A stretch of 64,000 nt of DNA. It comes from Yuukianura sp. NJ FZ-2021 (lineage: Eukaryota). Positions 44,755 through 59,484 of this stretch are shown piece after piece (the first letter of the stretch is position 1; each line of letters starts with the position of its first letter). The DNA lies in NCBI GenBank assembly GCA_046563655.1, contig CM102283.1:124001-188000 (forward strand), in the 5' to 3' direction. Position numbers and translations under genes: made by a program. Under the pieces are notes generated by a model. That model searched no databases. It was not told the DNA's origin and saw only the letters and a program-made list of their open reading frames with translations.

Positions 44755-47700
44755 TTAACGTATAAATGTTGAACTTACCGTATAGTATCTGTCGACATCA
44801 GTATCGGTATACTTCTCGCCACGAATTGACCCTAGAAAAGTCCCAACTCCTATGAGTTCTAATTCAGATCCAATTCCCAGGTCAATCAGCTTGGGGTGAG
44901 TTTGGTTGACACCATCAATCCGTTGTAACGAAATTTCCCACTCGCCGTATGGACTCATGACTGGGTCAGATCCATCTAGTTTCTTTGCGGCAAAGTTAGA
45001 AACCGAATTTTCCGGATCGTAGGAAACAACTAGTGTGACTTTTGGACCGGACAATACATAGTTTTTACCCTGAAAGCGAAAATATGAGTCTCCTTGGTGC
45101 GTCAGGACAACTTTGTAAGACCGAAGTAAAAGATCTAGTTCGCCTTGCTTGGTTGGAAATTCATTATTTCGGAAGTTGAGGCCAATTGTCTTAAATTTGA
45201 TCGCCTCTTTGTCGATATTCTTGAGGTATTTCGTAACATCAGCGCTGAGCAAAACAGATTCCCCTCTTAGGATGCGAATTATATTTACTTTATGTTCGTC
45301 ATAGTTCCAGGTGTAAAATGGAAATGTTCCATACTCCTCACTAGTTTCGAAGCTACCGACCTGTAGGAATGGATCAATTTTTTCATTTATTGTGGAGTCA
45401 TAATCTTCAAGAGCGGATTTGATTTGTAATATCATTGCAGTGGCTTTCCGAATAGTGATGTCGACTGTGTCTTTTGCTTCAGTATACGGTTGCGGTAGTT
45501 CGTTTAGAAACTGAGTGGCAAATGGAAATGCCCAGTTGTTAAATGCTCGAAGAGTTGTCTGGACTTCAAACATTATGATCGATTGAAGCATGGAAGCATT
45601 TAAATGCTCAACATAGAAAGAAACCTCAGGCTCAAACGTACTGGCTTCAGCAAGGTTAGACATAATGGTGCCCATTACCCTATGATCTTTGATATCCGAA
45701 ACTCGATTAAATATTTTTTCCGCTCCTTCTAGGATCGATGTTAACCTTTCCAACAAATGATCGATTTCTACCCCAGTTTTTCCATTTGAAAAGAGGGTTT
45801 TCAGTTGCAGCCTTACGTCACGTATGTTCGTTCCTAGCTTCCAAGTGGTGACGTCAATATAATTCAAGGCTGTGTTATTGACTTCAAGAGTAGAATAATC
45901 GAAAGTATCTAAAAGGTCGGCCACCATTGGCACAAATGTGGTGAATAATTTGTTGTATAATTCAATCAAACCGTTCATTTCTTGTTCCGTTTCCTCAATT
46001 TCGTCTAAATATATTTTGACCATATCCTCTCGCTTATCGTAAGCAGTGTCGGGATAGGCGTCGTTTAGAAAGTTTCGAAAAGTATTCAGGGTATAATCTC
46101 GGAGTGGTGCGACGAATGTGTCGGCTACAAACTTCTTGCCTTGTTCAATCCCGAATTCGACAACGTCGATTAGTTTGCCAAACAGAAAACGCCGATGCCT
46201 GGTGCCACGGGCTATTTTCGCATCCGTACCCTCCTCCGATTTCTTACTAGCCTGTACATGTTGAGATACTGCATCCAAAATATCCTTTTGTATTTTACGA
46301 ATATGACGAATAAGTTCTTTTTTTGGCATTCTCATGTCAACTTCTTGGTACTTTTGTTCCAGAAACGTTTTGAGGGCGTCCATATTTGGATCAGCTTTAA
46401 TATCCTGAAGAAGGGTGTTAATTTCCCGCTTCAGGTATTCTTGTTGCTTTTCGACAACAAAGAGCACCACATCGATGTTAGATTTCATCGTGTCTGGCAT
46501 CTTGTACCCGAAGGGAAGTTTAGGTTTATTGTCCATCATGTCGGCAAATGCTTTTCCCCCAACTAGGTTAGAACCTGAGTCCTTTGCGAACGGTCCTACA
46601 GTTTCAAAAGCAATTTGAATTCCAGATCGTAATAAATCCATGAATGCGGATGTGAGGGATACTCTGACGGCTTCTGGAAGTTGAAGTTTCAATGTCTCCT
46701 TCTTGTTCGCAAGAGAGACAAGCTGTTTCCTTATCACCGATGCGTATTCTTCAAAATGGGAGTTAAGCTTAGACCGGACATCGTCGATCTCCGGTATTAC
46801 TTCTCTTTTGAAAGTTTGTTCAGCATCAAGGATTTTGGCGTAGTTAAATGCCTCATATTCTTCAGCGATTTCTTGAATTCGTCTCTGTCTTTGCTGCTGA
46901 CCGTGGAGCTGCATTAAAATCCGTTCCTGGTTTGCCACATGGCGTCGCAAATTTATAATAAATCGTGAGTCTCCTTTCAATCTCACGCTATGTGTTGTTG
47001 CTGCTGAATACACCCATTTCATCAACTCGTTGGATCTGTCAAATACCAACTGAAGTTTCCCGCGTAAATTGTCAACTGCCCTAATAGCAGAGTGACGGTC
47101 AATAACATTTGCATTTGTGATAAGATAATCAAGTTGCTCACACAATAGCGCTAAACTATCCAGGTTAAGGTCTGTCTGTACAGCATCCACGTTGTCTACG
47201 AAGCTAGTTGATTCATTCGGAAGCCATTCGTCTTTAATTCTGTAGGCCCACTTCCTCAATTCGTAAAAGTCGTGATTCAAGGTTTCGTCGTCTTTCATCA
47301 TTTTTGCAAAAACTTGAATTAAAGGGCTTTCCGCAACCTCCCATTGCCAGCCGGAATGCTCATAGTAATATGGAAAATAAACTAAAAGTCCTTTGTTTCT
47401 TGATGACGATGTGACTGGACATTGAAGATAATCCCCACTGACTGACTCGGTAGTTGACCTAAAATGTTCATTTTGTCCATACAGTTTGATTATGCCAGGA
47501 ACTCCGGCAGTTGTTTTGTTGAGCTCAAGCGCGTTATAAATTTGAAATCTTGCGGCTTTCAATATCTGAGGGCGCCTTCCAAACGATGAGTGTCCAACAT
47601 AATCGAATGAATATTCAGTGAGTGGCTTATGAAATTCCAAAATTCTATAGCTTCGGGCAATTTTGACAAAATTCTTTTTTTTATAGTCAAAGTTTGGGTC

Positions 47701-48304
47701 AAAGTCAAATTTAAGAGTCGTTGCGCAAGTGCTATTACCACCATAACTGTGAAGAAATAGGTTTTCGGCATTCTCCCAGCAGAGAGCAATTCCGATAATC
47801 TCACCACTGTTGATGCCCCTGGCTTTGTCTGGCCTATTTTCATCATATTGTCCGGACGCTCCTCCTACCTCAATCTTTCGGAGGCCGCATATAATTATCT
47901 GTCGACTTGCAAAAATAAGTCTTTCAAATACAACAGAATCGACTCCTTCATTTACGTCCCCCTTCAATACGATATCTTCATCAATTCTCATTTGGCTACG
48001 AGCGAGAAGCACTATACGCTTCGCAATGTGTCCGTTGCACGTGAAGTTGTTCGTCATTTGCTTCACCGTTGAAATTTTGATAACAGTGTCTTCCACAACA
48101 ATATCCCCGTTGACGCAATTCCAGTCTGAGGTGTTAGTAAAATCGGATGATGCGTCTGATTGATTCCGCATTGATGCCACTGCCACCGCTGCAGCAATCG
48201 CTTCAGCTAATAGTATTTCATTTATTTCTGCTTCTAATTTGCTATCGTTCGGTCCATGCGAGAGTTCTACTTCTTTGTACGGGTCTGTTATGTTAGGAAC
48301 AGGT
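44755..48304 (-). CDS. Large 3' exon of an uncharacterised >1,180 aa protein with a coiled-coil middle region
   Basis: 1143 aa ORF; the frame stays open up to a splice acceptor (ctatttcag) at 48305. C-terminal DPVMSPYGEWEISL motif. Confidence 0.8.
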
Positions 48305-49599
48305 CTGAAATAGATATGACAAAGGGTGTGATTAAATAGGTTAAATTTACACTAGAAATACACGGGAAGTTATTTCACCACATTTAATTTTCCCTATATA
48401 ATAGTAAGCAATTTTCAATGTTTCATCGGAACAACCATAAGAAAAATCTTTTTTAAAAATATTTTTAATGTTTTCAATATTCCGCTTAATTAATAAGTAA
48501 AATATATTTACAATCGCGTAAATATTACATTTTTGTTTGCACCTACTTTTTTGTTTCCCAAAATTTGGATAAATATTGCGTTTTCGCTAAATTTTCATAA
48601 TTTTTTCGCCTTTTTCGAAAAATTGTTATCCTCGCTTTTTTCAATATTCAAAAAAGCGCAAATAAAAATAAATAGAGAGTGCATCTTACAACGAAAATTG
48701 TAATTGCTATGCCGCATGGACCAAGTCTAAACCTTTATGGCGGGAACGTCTTTCTCTAGACTAGGTAAGTCAGAGAGTTGTCAAGGCGATTTTCGACGAT
48801 TTTCTCAATACTGGTGGTCAAATAAGGCTTGAATTCAACAAAATTTTTGGAAACCATTTTCAAAGGGAGGAAAGCGACTTTTTTCACTTTGTAAAAAAAG
48901 TTTACAAAATAATCGCTAATTTTCGCGACTAATTCATTTAATCAGCGTTGGTGTGAAACTGGCTCAAGCGCCATTTTTTCCCTGGCTGCGTGATAATTAG
49001 GTTAGATTAGGCTTTCCCTAAAAAGTAAGTAGGTAGTAGTAAGTTTGGTAGGTAAGAAACGTTAAAATTCTTGGATATTCATAGACTTTAAAGAAGGCTT
49101 CTCTTCAATACAACATGATGAGTTATGGCAACATCCGAGCAAGATTGGGGCCAGATCAAATTTCATTAGGATCCTCCAGGACCTCTACTCAGGTGGCTAC
49201 TCACAAATGAACGTCATACGCGCAACATTTCTATTACACAGGGCATGTTACAATAGGATCCACTCAGTCCCTTGCTGTTATTGTTTTTTATAAGTGAAAC
49301 GGAGTCAGTCGTTTCTAAAGAAAAAACGCACACATTCCTTTTGTTCCACTGTCCCTATACCTCCTACAATATAGAGACGTCAATGTCCAGTTATCAACAG
49401 CAGCGACCGGTCTACGACGTAAAATTGACGCACTCGAAATTGACGAACTGGGATCAAAGTAAAATTAAATGAAACAATATTCAGGATCTTCAGAATAGGT
49501 GAACACATCAATCGAACTGGCAAATTTAGGTATCAACGTCCACCAATAGATGTTGTAGCGAGTTCATCTGCCTTGGAATTTTATTTTCAGATAGAGTCG

Positions 49600-49950
49600 T
49601 CTTTAGAAAAGCAGCCAAAACCTAGCCCATGCCCTCTGGCCAATTCTCACACGAAGCAAAAAGAAGTTGGGAAGCGTTTCCAAAACTATATTCAATGCAA
49701 ACTCTACCGTGACCTGCAGCATCAGCTCATCGTCTCCGTGAATGCAAAAGAAACTAATGGCGTCTTCGGAGCTGAGGGCATAGCACACTTGAGGTCAATT
49801 GGTCAACGTATTATCGAAGCTACTAGGCATAGCAGATAACTTTTTACTTCAACGAATTATTCAGCGTGGAAACTCAGATTCAATCCTGGGAACCCTTCCA
49901 TCAGGAAACTGTTTTGGATAGCTGCCCTAAGCAGGTTGTTGAGATAAAAA
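49600..49950 (+). pseudogene. Degenerate 3' fragment of a CRE retrotransposon
   Basis: YRDLQHQLIVSV.AKETNGVFGAEG...SIGQR matches 14740-14990. Confidence 0.8.
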
Positions 49951-50077
49951 AATACATTTAACAAAGAAATGTTGAACGCTTATCCGACCAGTTAGGTTCT
50001 GCGCTCCTGTATGGAGTCTACGATATCCCGACATAATTGAACTGTAACAGCTCCACGTTTTCAAACGTAGCAGGTCA

Positions 50078-50320
50078 TAAGAGCTATACCAAAAAGAGCT
50101 AATCCAATAACTTATTGAATTAGCTCTTATTTTTTTTAGCTCTTATTGAAAGTAGCTCTTACTGAAGTAGCCCTTATTGGAGTAGCTCTTATTTTTTTTA
50201 GCGATCTAAGAGCTACTCAATAAGAGCTAAAAAAAAATAAGAGCTAATTCAGTAAGAGCTACTCCAATAAGAGCTACTTTTAATAAGAGCTAAAAAAAAT
50301 AAGAGCTACTTTCAGAAATG
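50078..50320. repeat. Inverted array of aataagagcta repeats (foldback-like)
   Basis: tagctcttatt units (50120-50195) face aataagagcta units (50205-50310). Confidence 0.75.
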
Positions 50321-51294
50321 GCTCATTTCAAAAACACATTATCAAAAACGAAAATTTTTCAAGAAAACTGAAACTCTTTTTTTTGAAAAACTTGAATTCG
50401 TTTAATCAATTGCTGGCCGGTACCCCAATCCGAAATGGGCGTAAAAAGTACAGGGATTTTGAAAAGCGGCTGTTCAAAAGTGGAAGAATACGACCACATT
50501 GAAGAAAGCATCCTCATTGAACCGCCAAAGGGTGGAGAAAGGTGTTAATGAAAACTTTCTCTTCCCCTCAGCTCCCCCCCTTCTCCGATGATTACTTGGC
50601 CTCACGAGTTTCACCGAGTGGAGTGGGATTTTGGAATATGGGGTGATCACTGATATAGCTTATGTGTAATGTGGAGTGATTTCTCTTCCCGCCATCACCG
50701 GATATATGGTGGTATATGGACTCGGAGTCTGACAACCTGATTGGTTCCATATCCAAACCTACCTATAAAAACGCATTACGCGGGGGTACATGGGTTTGGC
50801 CTATCTACCTGCACCGGCAGGCCGATTTCTCATCCGTAATACGACCACAACTCCGTTTTGGACTTTTTGCTGGGAATTTCGAATAACGTTAAATTCCAGA
50901 TTTAAAACTTTTAGATTAGAGGGTAACTTAAAATTTCATATAAACTCGGACAAAAATGTTAAAATTAAAATGGTAGGTTAAAAACTTAGGTTAAAACATT
51001 GCTAAAAGATTCTTGTTTTGTTATTTCAACTTTTGTTAGTACATCAATTGAAATTTGATTAACTATGCCATATTTGTTTTAGTTACATAACAATTTAGAG
51101 GTCAAGTTGCATCGTTAATATGGCGAATTAGATTCCTTTTCAGAAATTTTGATCAAGATGTGCTTCGACTATTAAACGCATTCAAGTTTTCCAAAAGTTT
51201 GGCTGGTTTCAATTTTCTTGAAAAATTTCTTGAAAAATAATGTCTTTTTCAAGCTCAAGGAGTTGCTGCCACTTACAAAGGAAGTGGTATAATT

Positions 51295-52417
51295 GGGGTT
51301 TACCACCATGGCTCCGAATTTGATTTCAATTTTTTTCAAAACAGCCTACACCCCCCTGAGTTGAAATATGAAAAAAAAATTCCTTCTATTTTTTTTTTCA
51401 AACTTTTGAAAAAATAATTTTTGAATTTTTTTTTGTACACGATTTAGCTCAAAATTGGTATCTCTTTTTTTATTGCACGAAGTCGGTCCGTCTGGGCATA
51501 GGCCCAAAAGCATTAGATATAGATGACGTACACAATGTACTGTCTCATTGTTCCCTTCAGCTAATACTTTGTACTAAACCTATTATACCACGCTGTATGC
51601 CAACTGAAAAATGAAATAGATTCTATAATTTGTTTGTTGACTCACCGAATTTACATTCTGCTTTAATCGATTTAGTGTTAAGTTAGGCAAAACAACCACA
51701 CATACAACTTCCGGGGTGCAATTAGGGTGGTATGACGGGTTCCTAACCGAAAAGTTTGGGATGACTGTTCCTCTGAAGAGAACTTTTTGTTAATTTAACG
51801 ATTGCGATATCGTTTTTTAAAATTAATCCGTCAGAACGGAACAGTCAAGAATTTTTGGCTGGCCGAAGGCCTTGTTTAGACTAATTCAAGTATGCTAAAC
51901 TCGACTGTGGAAGAATTTTTGCTGTAGGACTTAAGAATTTGGTTTTATTATGAAGCTTGGTTACATTGAAATAATTCGCAATACGGATTAAAGGTAAAAA
52001 CCTTAGCATGGGTTACCGCGCCGAAGGCGCGGCGTTAGGTTAGGTAAAGAACGCAATAGTGACTACGTACATATTTAGGTTCTACTGCCTCAGGTTATAT
52101 TGATAAGTCGACCATACTTAGGTTAGGTAGGTAGGCTATGTCGGACAGATAAGTGTGGATTGGCTAACCTAACTTTTTTGTCTTACGTCTTAGAGCAAAA
52201 ATTCGTTCATATTCGAGTTTAGCATACTTGAATTAGTCTAAATACCAATTTTGAGCTAAATCGGATACAAAAAAAAATTCAAAAAATTTTTTTTCAAAAT
52301 TTTGAAAAAAATAGAAAACTTCATTTCCGGAAATTTTTTTTTCACATTTTAACTGAGGGAGGTGTAGGCTATTTTTAAAAAAATTGCCACGAAATCGGAG
52401 CCATGGTGGTAAACCTC
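51295..52417. mobile_element. MITE with GRG termini and AATT TSD (Sola2-like); nested inverted-repeat element at ~51873-52243
   Basis: ggggtttaccaccatggctccg / cggagccatggtggtaaacctc, TIR >150 bp, AATT on both sides. Confidence 0.75.
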
Positions 52418-52909
52418 AATTTTTCCAATGAAGTAATGAATTCGGACGAAATTGTTCAACTATGGCCTGCCTGCTGTCGCCATGTGGAGGAACTGGAAGA
52501 CATGATCATGGAAAAGGAAAAAATCGCTGAGGAGTTCATGAGGAACAGCATTCAACCAGTAATAGTTGAACTTGGGAATGATTCCTCTGAGTCGTATATT
52601 AGTTTTGATGATTTAGATTCGGATGATTAGTGGTTACAAATGATGTAGCGCAGATTGTTTTCAACATTTCAGTAACGTATGGCAACAAGTAAGAAAATAG
52701 CGAAAATTTAAGTAAACAAAGGGCCTTGCGTTTTTAGACGAACATTAGTAGGTTGAAATTTGCACAAATGGCCCCAACGTCGATCCCAACTGGTTAAAAT
52801 TTCATTCGAATGCACCGGGTACCGTCTTGATATTGCTTTGACCCATGTCCTTTAGCACAACTCGCGAATTACTGGGTTAGATGTCAAATTCCAGGATCAC
52901 TCGCGGATT

Positions 52910-55900
52910 TTAGTCTTCTGGAGACGCATGTCTACGACATGCTTTTTGGCCTAATTTTGATTATAGACAAGTGATATTAGACTCTATAACTTATGCACTT
53001 AATTTAACACATGGCACATCTATTAGTCTTCTGGAGACGCACGTCTACGACGTGCTGAAGAAGACTATTGATACGACTTTGTCCGTCCGTCTGTCTGTCT
53101 GCCTGTCACCTTTTTTAGGATCCTTTCCATTGAAACATAAGTCCCATCGCAGTTGGTGGGTTATCTACGGCTCAAGTGTTTTTAGTAGGTCTACATTGCA
53201 CTCAAAGTCTTACATTAACAACGTCAAAATATGCGGCAGCTTCGCGTTGCAGTTTCTTACGTCCTAAAAATTTTTGTATTAGGTCTGCATTGTACTCAAA
53301 ATATCTTTAAACAACGAAGTTTTGATCTTCTCATTTTCTGACATTATGTTTAGTTACGTTGCTAAATTAAGACTGATTAGAGGGTAGAAAATCCGGCTTA
53401 AATGATTACTATGTGAATTGTGAATGACAAGGGTCAAATTTGCATTTACTAGACATTTCTATAATTTCGATTTTAAACAATCGATATTCGATACCTGCAC
53501 CTCAACGCTCAATTTTGTGCATGATGCACACTTATGACTACCAGAGATACATAAACGTTGAATTGTGCATTTTGATGTTGATTGTGAACCGATTTTGATT
53601 TTAAAGAAACGATATCTGACATCTGTCCTTCAACGTTCAATTTTGTGCACGCTTATTGCACTTGAATGTAAAATTGTCGCAGATATTTTGACGCTGGATA
53701 ATGGACGTTGTTACGTCATACCCATCTTACCATTCGTGTATATTTCGTGAATATCTGGAATATTTCTTAACTAAACTGTATGGAATATAGCGTTATTCTT
53801 CTTGCATTGCCATTTATGCACTTAAATGGTTCTGATTTTTTGTATACTGGTAACTACGACACATAAACAGTAGGGAAAATACGCTTAAGTTATCGCAATT
53901 AAAACCTTAGGAAACAATCCGTACATATTCAACGCTTCTTCTGCACTCATGCATATTGGAGTAAGATTTATGTGCGGTTTATGTGAGTCATTCTCATTTC
54001 TCTTTCTGAGAACATTTAGTGGTGAATTATAGGTGCTGAAAAGGTATATAGCAGAAGTTCGTTGTCCGTTAAGTTTTGAAACATAAGTGTTTTAGTTTTG
54101 CCTTTAACTTGTCCGTCATGGGGACCAAAGACTACAAAAACTTTTCAGTTGTGCTTTTCTAAACCGAAAATAGGTTTTCAGTTGTTCGCTCATCAATGTT
54201 GTCGTTTGATGACGACCGAATACGGTGTCACTGGCCAAAACTAACCTAAAGCGTAAGCGAATTGGCTGAATCTGCTGAGTCAAAGCCAGGGAAGGACATG
54301 AAAAAGTACGACATTGAATACGTCAAATCATTTGGTAAGCGAATTAGTACATTAGTTGTTATTAAACTACTAACTATTCTATTAAGCAACCTTCCTAGGA
54401 TTTTGAATTATAAACGCTTGTTGATATTTTTTTCAGTTTGACATGAAAAAGCGTTAAAAAAATCCAGCCCTCTACGAACTTCAAGATTGTTTGAGATTCA
54501 AGATACTTCAGAAAGCGAGGGACAATCCCAAATCCGACTACAAGCACCGACAGTACCACTGCATCACAATTTTGCTGAACAACCGTCGAAACTGGTCTTC
54601 ACACATTTGACCATCACTTGACGGAATCACAAGGTTAGTGTCATGCAACTGTTTGACCTCATGAAACGAACAACACTTTAGTTGTGCTTTTGTTTATTTT
54701 AGAAGCAGTCAATGAAGCAGTTCCACTGAATTTTACATTGGTCAATACTGTATCGATTGATGAACTGCAGCACAAGATTCAGCAACTGCAATACAGCATC
54801 GAGCAACAGCAATACGACTTTCGAGGTAAATATGTATGTCATTACTTTTATCAGATTACTAAATTCCGTATTCATAGTTATGACTGTTCTTGTTTCCTTT
54901 TAGAATTCCAACAAGTTGTCGTTGAGAATCAGGCTACTTTGAAGCAGGAATTTGCTGACTACCCGTGCGATTCGTCGTTGTTAGGAATTTTTGTGTAGTG
55001 ACTTGTGCAATACTGCTAAATTTTCTTAGTAAGAATTATTTAAGTTAAATAATTCTTGTCCGACAAAGTGTATTTGTTTACCCTTTAAGAAAAAGATGTT
55101 TTGTATTCCACTATTAGCATTTTGTTGATACTTTATATTTAACAACATTGATTAATAAAAATTAATATGATCAGAAACTGGGAGTATTTTTTGCTATCAT
55201 TTTAGTGAATATTTCGCATACAAAAAGTAAATGAATTGTACATACAAGAGCAGCGCCGTTTATGTGTAGAAATTTTATGTACCGATTCGGTAAGGCATTT
55301 TTATGCACCGCTCCTTTTCCTGTGCATTTTGTGTACATAAGTTTACGCACCGAAAATGTATATAGAATTTGGGCAAATCCTCACTCGAGCGTAACGCACT
55401 TATATTCACTAAGTATGTACATATTCCGTACGACTTGGTAACATGGGTAGGTGCTCCATTATTGTGCACCAAATAATTTTGAAGAGAGTGAAAACTGTGC
55501 AGAGTTTAATTTTTACAACATTTTCATGCAAACGGTTTTTTAACATTTTGGTGCAATTGTGCACAAAAGGGCCCACATCTGCACTGAAAATTACGAGCGT
55601 TGTTTTGTTTCATAAATCTAGTAAAAACGGTTTCTTAACGTTTCTCTTCGATAGACTTACGAACAGCCGGTCTGAAAGCCTTATCAATTGTCAACTCCCT
55701 CCAGAAGACCTATGCTCAACCCTTGAGCATCGCCCTACCTTGTTTGAACTGATTTTGATTTTAAAGATGGGATATTCGACCCATCCTACTCAGCCTTCTA
55801 TTTTGTGCATCATGTACAAAGCTCAATTTCGATATCAGTATTTTGATGCCGTTTGGTTTACCCTCTTTTCGCTAATAGTACATAGCCATGGCAACACAGA

Positions 55901-56147
55901 CAATAATACATTATGCGCATCTTGCTCAACAACATTAGTTCAGTGCAAATATTTTGGGGCTCAAAACTGGAACATGATTTTAGTGTAATTAAATATTAGA
56001 ATTGCCAACCCAATTTTGGTACCTCATGCACAAAATAGACCCTCACATGCGCACTGAACAGTTTGAGCGACGTTTTCGTGCATCAACTCCATGAAAACTG
56101 TTTCTCAGTTCTTCTACAGTTTTGAGGCAGGCCGGTTTAAGTCGAAT
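52910..56147 (+). mobile_element. DINE-1/HINE-like copies
   Basis: Same heads at ~52911 and ~53024 and same tails at ~55700 and ~56103. Confidence 0.7.
53721..55447. mobile_element. CCC-ended TIR element (CMC/EnSpm-like) with decayed spliced ORF fragments
   Basis: cccatcttacca / tggtaacatggg, TA on both sides; exon-like fragments at 54118-54960. Confidence 0.5.
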
Positions 56148-56402
56148 CAATTGTCAACTGCCTCCAGAAGACCTATGCTCAACCCTTGAGCATCGCCCTA
56201 CCTTGTTGATAAATGGGTTTGGCGAAGTGGGTGAGCCACTTCTGAGACTCCTAAGTTTAGCGCGTTAATAATGTGTTCATAGTACTTTTTTCTAAAGCTG
56301 AAATTGTATTAAAAAATTAAATTAGTTAGGTTTAGAAAACCTTAGATAGGTTTAGTAAGAAAAACTACACGGGTAATGACTTTAGCGAAATTAACTATTG
56401 TA

Positions 56403-56625
56403 CAGCGTGTCAAGCTAAAAACTGAGCACCTTCAACGTAAACAACTTGTTTATTTTGGAAACCGTGAGGGGATTTCTAAGCTAGTTTTGTAAAAGTTGTG
56501 CTAAAAATTGTTGCCAAAAATTAATTACAAGAAAAGTTTGCAAATATCCCTCCATATTTTGCAAATTTTGAAGTGGTTGTCACGGGAATTATTTTGAGGT
56601 ATTCAGTTTTTAATTTGACACGCTG
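56403..56625. mobile_element. Tc1/mariner-type MITE
   Basis: TA|cagcgtgtcaa...ttgacacgctg|TA. Confidence 0.75.
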
Positions 56626-56857
56626 TACTCTGCGTAGTGGGTCTCGGCCTAAACGCTACTCGTTAACCTTTTCAGTATTTCCAAATGTTCCCTTCAGCGA
56701 GTAAATTTTTTTGTTGGCCATTACAAATTGCTTACCCATTACCCACCATCGAAGGAAAATGTTCGGAACAAATTCCTGAATTATGATTGAACTTCGAAGG
56801 TTAGGAGTTAGGTTAGGTTAGAATCGTTAGATTAGGTTCAAAACTAATGCTGAAATT

Positions 56858-58570
56858 AAACAAGGTAGGGCAATGCTCAAGGGTTTAGCATATGTCTTCT
56901 GGAGGAAGTTGACAATTGATACGACTTAGATCGGTTGGCCGCAAAACCGTTCAACAATTACCATAAGTAACCGTTTTAATGACATTCTTCTAAACAGCGC
57001 TAATAATTTTCAGCGCGGATATGAAGGTCTATTTTGTGCATGAGTTGCATGCATCAAAACTACGTTGATAATTTTACTGTTTAATTGCACCAAAATCATT
57101 TTCCAGTTGTAAGTTCCAAAACATCTGCACTGAAATGATGTTCATATTTTTTGTTGAGTAAAATGCACAAATGTCAATGCTGTCATGACAATATAGCAAA
57201 CGCAGTGTTAACATAGCTGCACTAAAATTATGGTGTTAAACAAGTTGCACAACTATTCCGCAACTTGCTACGTAAAATGGTTTGCTTATAATTAGACCTG
57301 CTAAAAATGTTTTTTTAAATACTAAATATTTTTATATTTAAAAAAAATATTTCGCGATTTAAAAAAATGTAAATATTTTTTTAAATTTTCAGCGTTTTTT
57401 TGACAAAATGCAAATATTTTTTAAATATTTCGGCTTTTCACAATAATTTTGACGAAATTTCGACTTGGTTGTGTACTCTCGGTGAACAACCAATGTGCTT
57501 GTCTGATTTTTCGACAACAAAATCGAGAAAAGAACGTTTACGGAGTTTTTCGGTAGTATCAATTTAGTTAACTAAAAATTTGTGCAACACTGGAAACAAC
57601 TAAACATTGAGTAGTAGTACACGAAAAATCAGATTGCCACATACATGAAAGTGCTGCAGTACTTTAGATACGTACGCATACGTACATACTAACATACTTT
57701 GGTATGTACATTTTTACAAAAATTTTAAACCATACTAATGGAATCATAAGCACAATACCATTAGAGTAGCATTGTTCTCATACGGTAATACTAAAGCGAC
57801 AAGACAGTGCTGACGTGGTAAATCTTGTGATTGGGGTTGTTCCCCACTATTTTTATACTTACGTAAAGTGTTTTTCTCACTAAATCGGTCTGATTTTAGT
57901 ACGAAATTCATAAATATTAACGGTTTTAGTAAATATTTTTGTAAATATTTCGCCGTTTTTAGTAAATTTTTAAATAAATATTTTGGGTGCTGATAGTAAA
58001 TATTTTTAGCAGGTCTACTTATAATGCACATTGTTTATGATAAATGTGCAATTGTTCTCAGATATGCACAAATTGCTAATATTAACGTCCACAACCCAAC
58101 GTCAAAATAACTGCCCAATTCGACATTTGTGCATCTTGCTTAAGTGTGCACAAAATTAAACGTTGAGTGGCAGGCGCCGAATATAGCTTTTTTACGAATT
58201 CCAGCCGTAATTTCTACCCTCTAACTAGGCTTAATTTAACAACGTAATTAAACTAACTGTCAGAAAATGACCAGATCAAAACTTCGTTGTTTAAATATAT
58301 TTTGAGTACAATCAAGACCAAAACTGTTTTGCGGAGCCACGATACTGCGGGTACGTAAAGTAGCCGCCAACTTTTACGTTGTTAATTTAACACTTTGAGT
58401 GCAATGTAGACCTACTGAAAACTCTTGAACCATACATAACCCCCCGACTGCGATGGGGCTAATGTTTCAGTGCAATGAGTCCTAAAAAACGTGACAGACA
58501 GACAGACGGACAAAGTCGTATCAATAGTCTTCTTCAGCACGTCGTAGACGTGCGTCTCCAGAAGACTAAA
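56858..58570 (-). mobile_element. DINE-1/HINE-like copy on the minus strand
   Basis: Reverse-complement head at 58490-58570 and tail at 56860-56905. Further isolated tails at ~40150-40195 (+) and ~61468-61512 (-). Confidence 0.7.
57293..58017. mobile_element. hAT-type MITE
   Basis: TIR TAGACCTGCTAAAAAT; 8-bp TSD CTTATAAT at 57285-57292 and 58018-58025. Confidence 0.85.
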
Positions 58571-59484
58571 AACGAAAAATTGGTAGAAAAGAAATATAAA
58601 CAACCTTGGAGTGCAAATGGATGAAAAATTGTTTGTGGTATGATTTATGAAAACAAGAACTTACCCAACAACCTGGTCTAGAGAAAAGAATTGGTTGCTA
58701 TAGCAACCTTGATTGTACAATTCATGTGTACAAGATAACGTTTAATGACGTAACAAGGGTTAGGTTAGGTTAACCACCTAACCTAACCTTACGAAATGTC
58801 TAGGTCATCGGGGTCGAAACGTTCACCATCATCAGCTTCTCTATTATCTGACATTTTGAAATACAAGTCATTGTCCATGGAACTGAACTTCATAAGCACT
58901 CAATGAACTTAATAAACACTAGAAAAACGTATCGGAATAAATAGTTAACAAAAGTTAGGTTAGGTTAACTTAATCTTAAGCACTTTGTTCTCCCTTCAAG
59001 AACCGGGCTAGTTATTTCACAGTTGAAGATGAGTTTGGATTTGCCGGGTCAACCCGTAAAAGAAATAAAGTTGAGTTGAGACAAAAGTTGGTTTAGAAGA
59101 GCCAATCAGGAGCGAGCAACTTTTTTAGAATGAAAAGTTGAGTGATCGCATTACTCACCAAAAATTTTATGAACTCTTAGTGCTAGCAGCAAAAGTTCAT
59201 AGAACTTTTTTGTCATGTGTAAACAGAAAAGTTTGGGGAACCAGAAACGTTTGTACCCGAAACTTCGGGCACAAGTTCTTAGAAACTTTTTCACCTATTG
59301 TGAACGCGAAGTTGTTTGATTCCTTCAAGTTCCTGTAATTACGTTCCGGAAATGTGCCAGTGCAAAACCAGCCGAAGCAAAGAGGAAGCCATAGAAGATT
59401 AAGAACGTGGTCTCAAACTTTGAGCCAATAGAAACCGAGTTTGGGACGACAGAAGAACCTATCGTGACCGAGCTGAAAACACTA

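Noticed and set aside
52403-52630. 75 aa ORF resembling a transposase C-terminus
   Set aside because: It starts inside a MITE TIR and is too short to assign.
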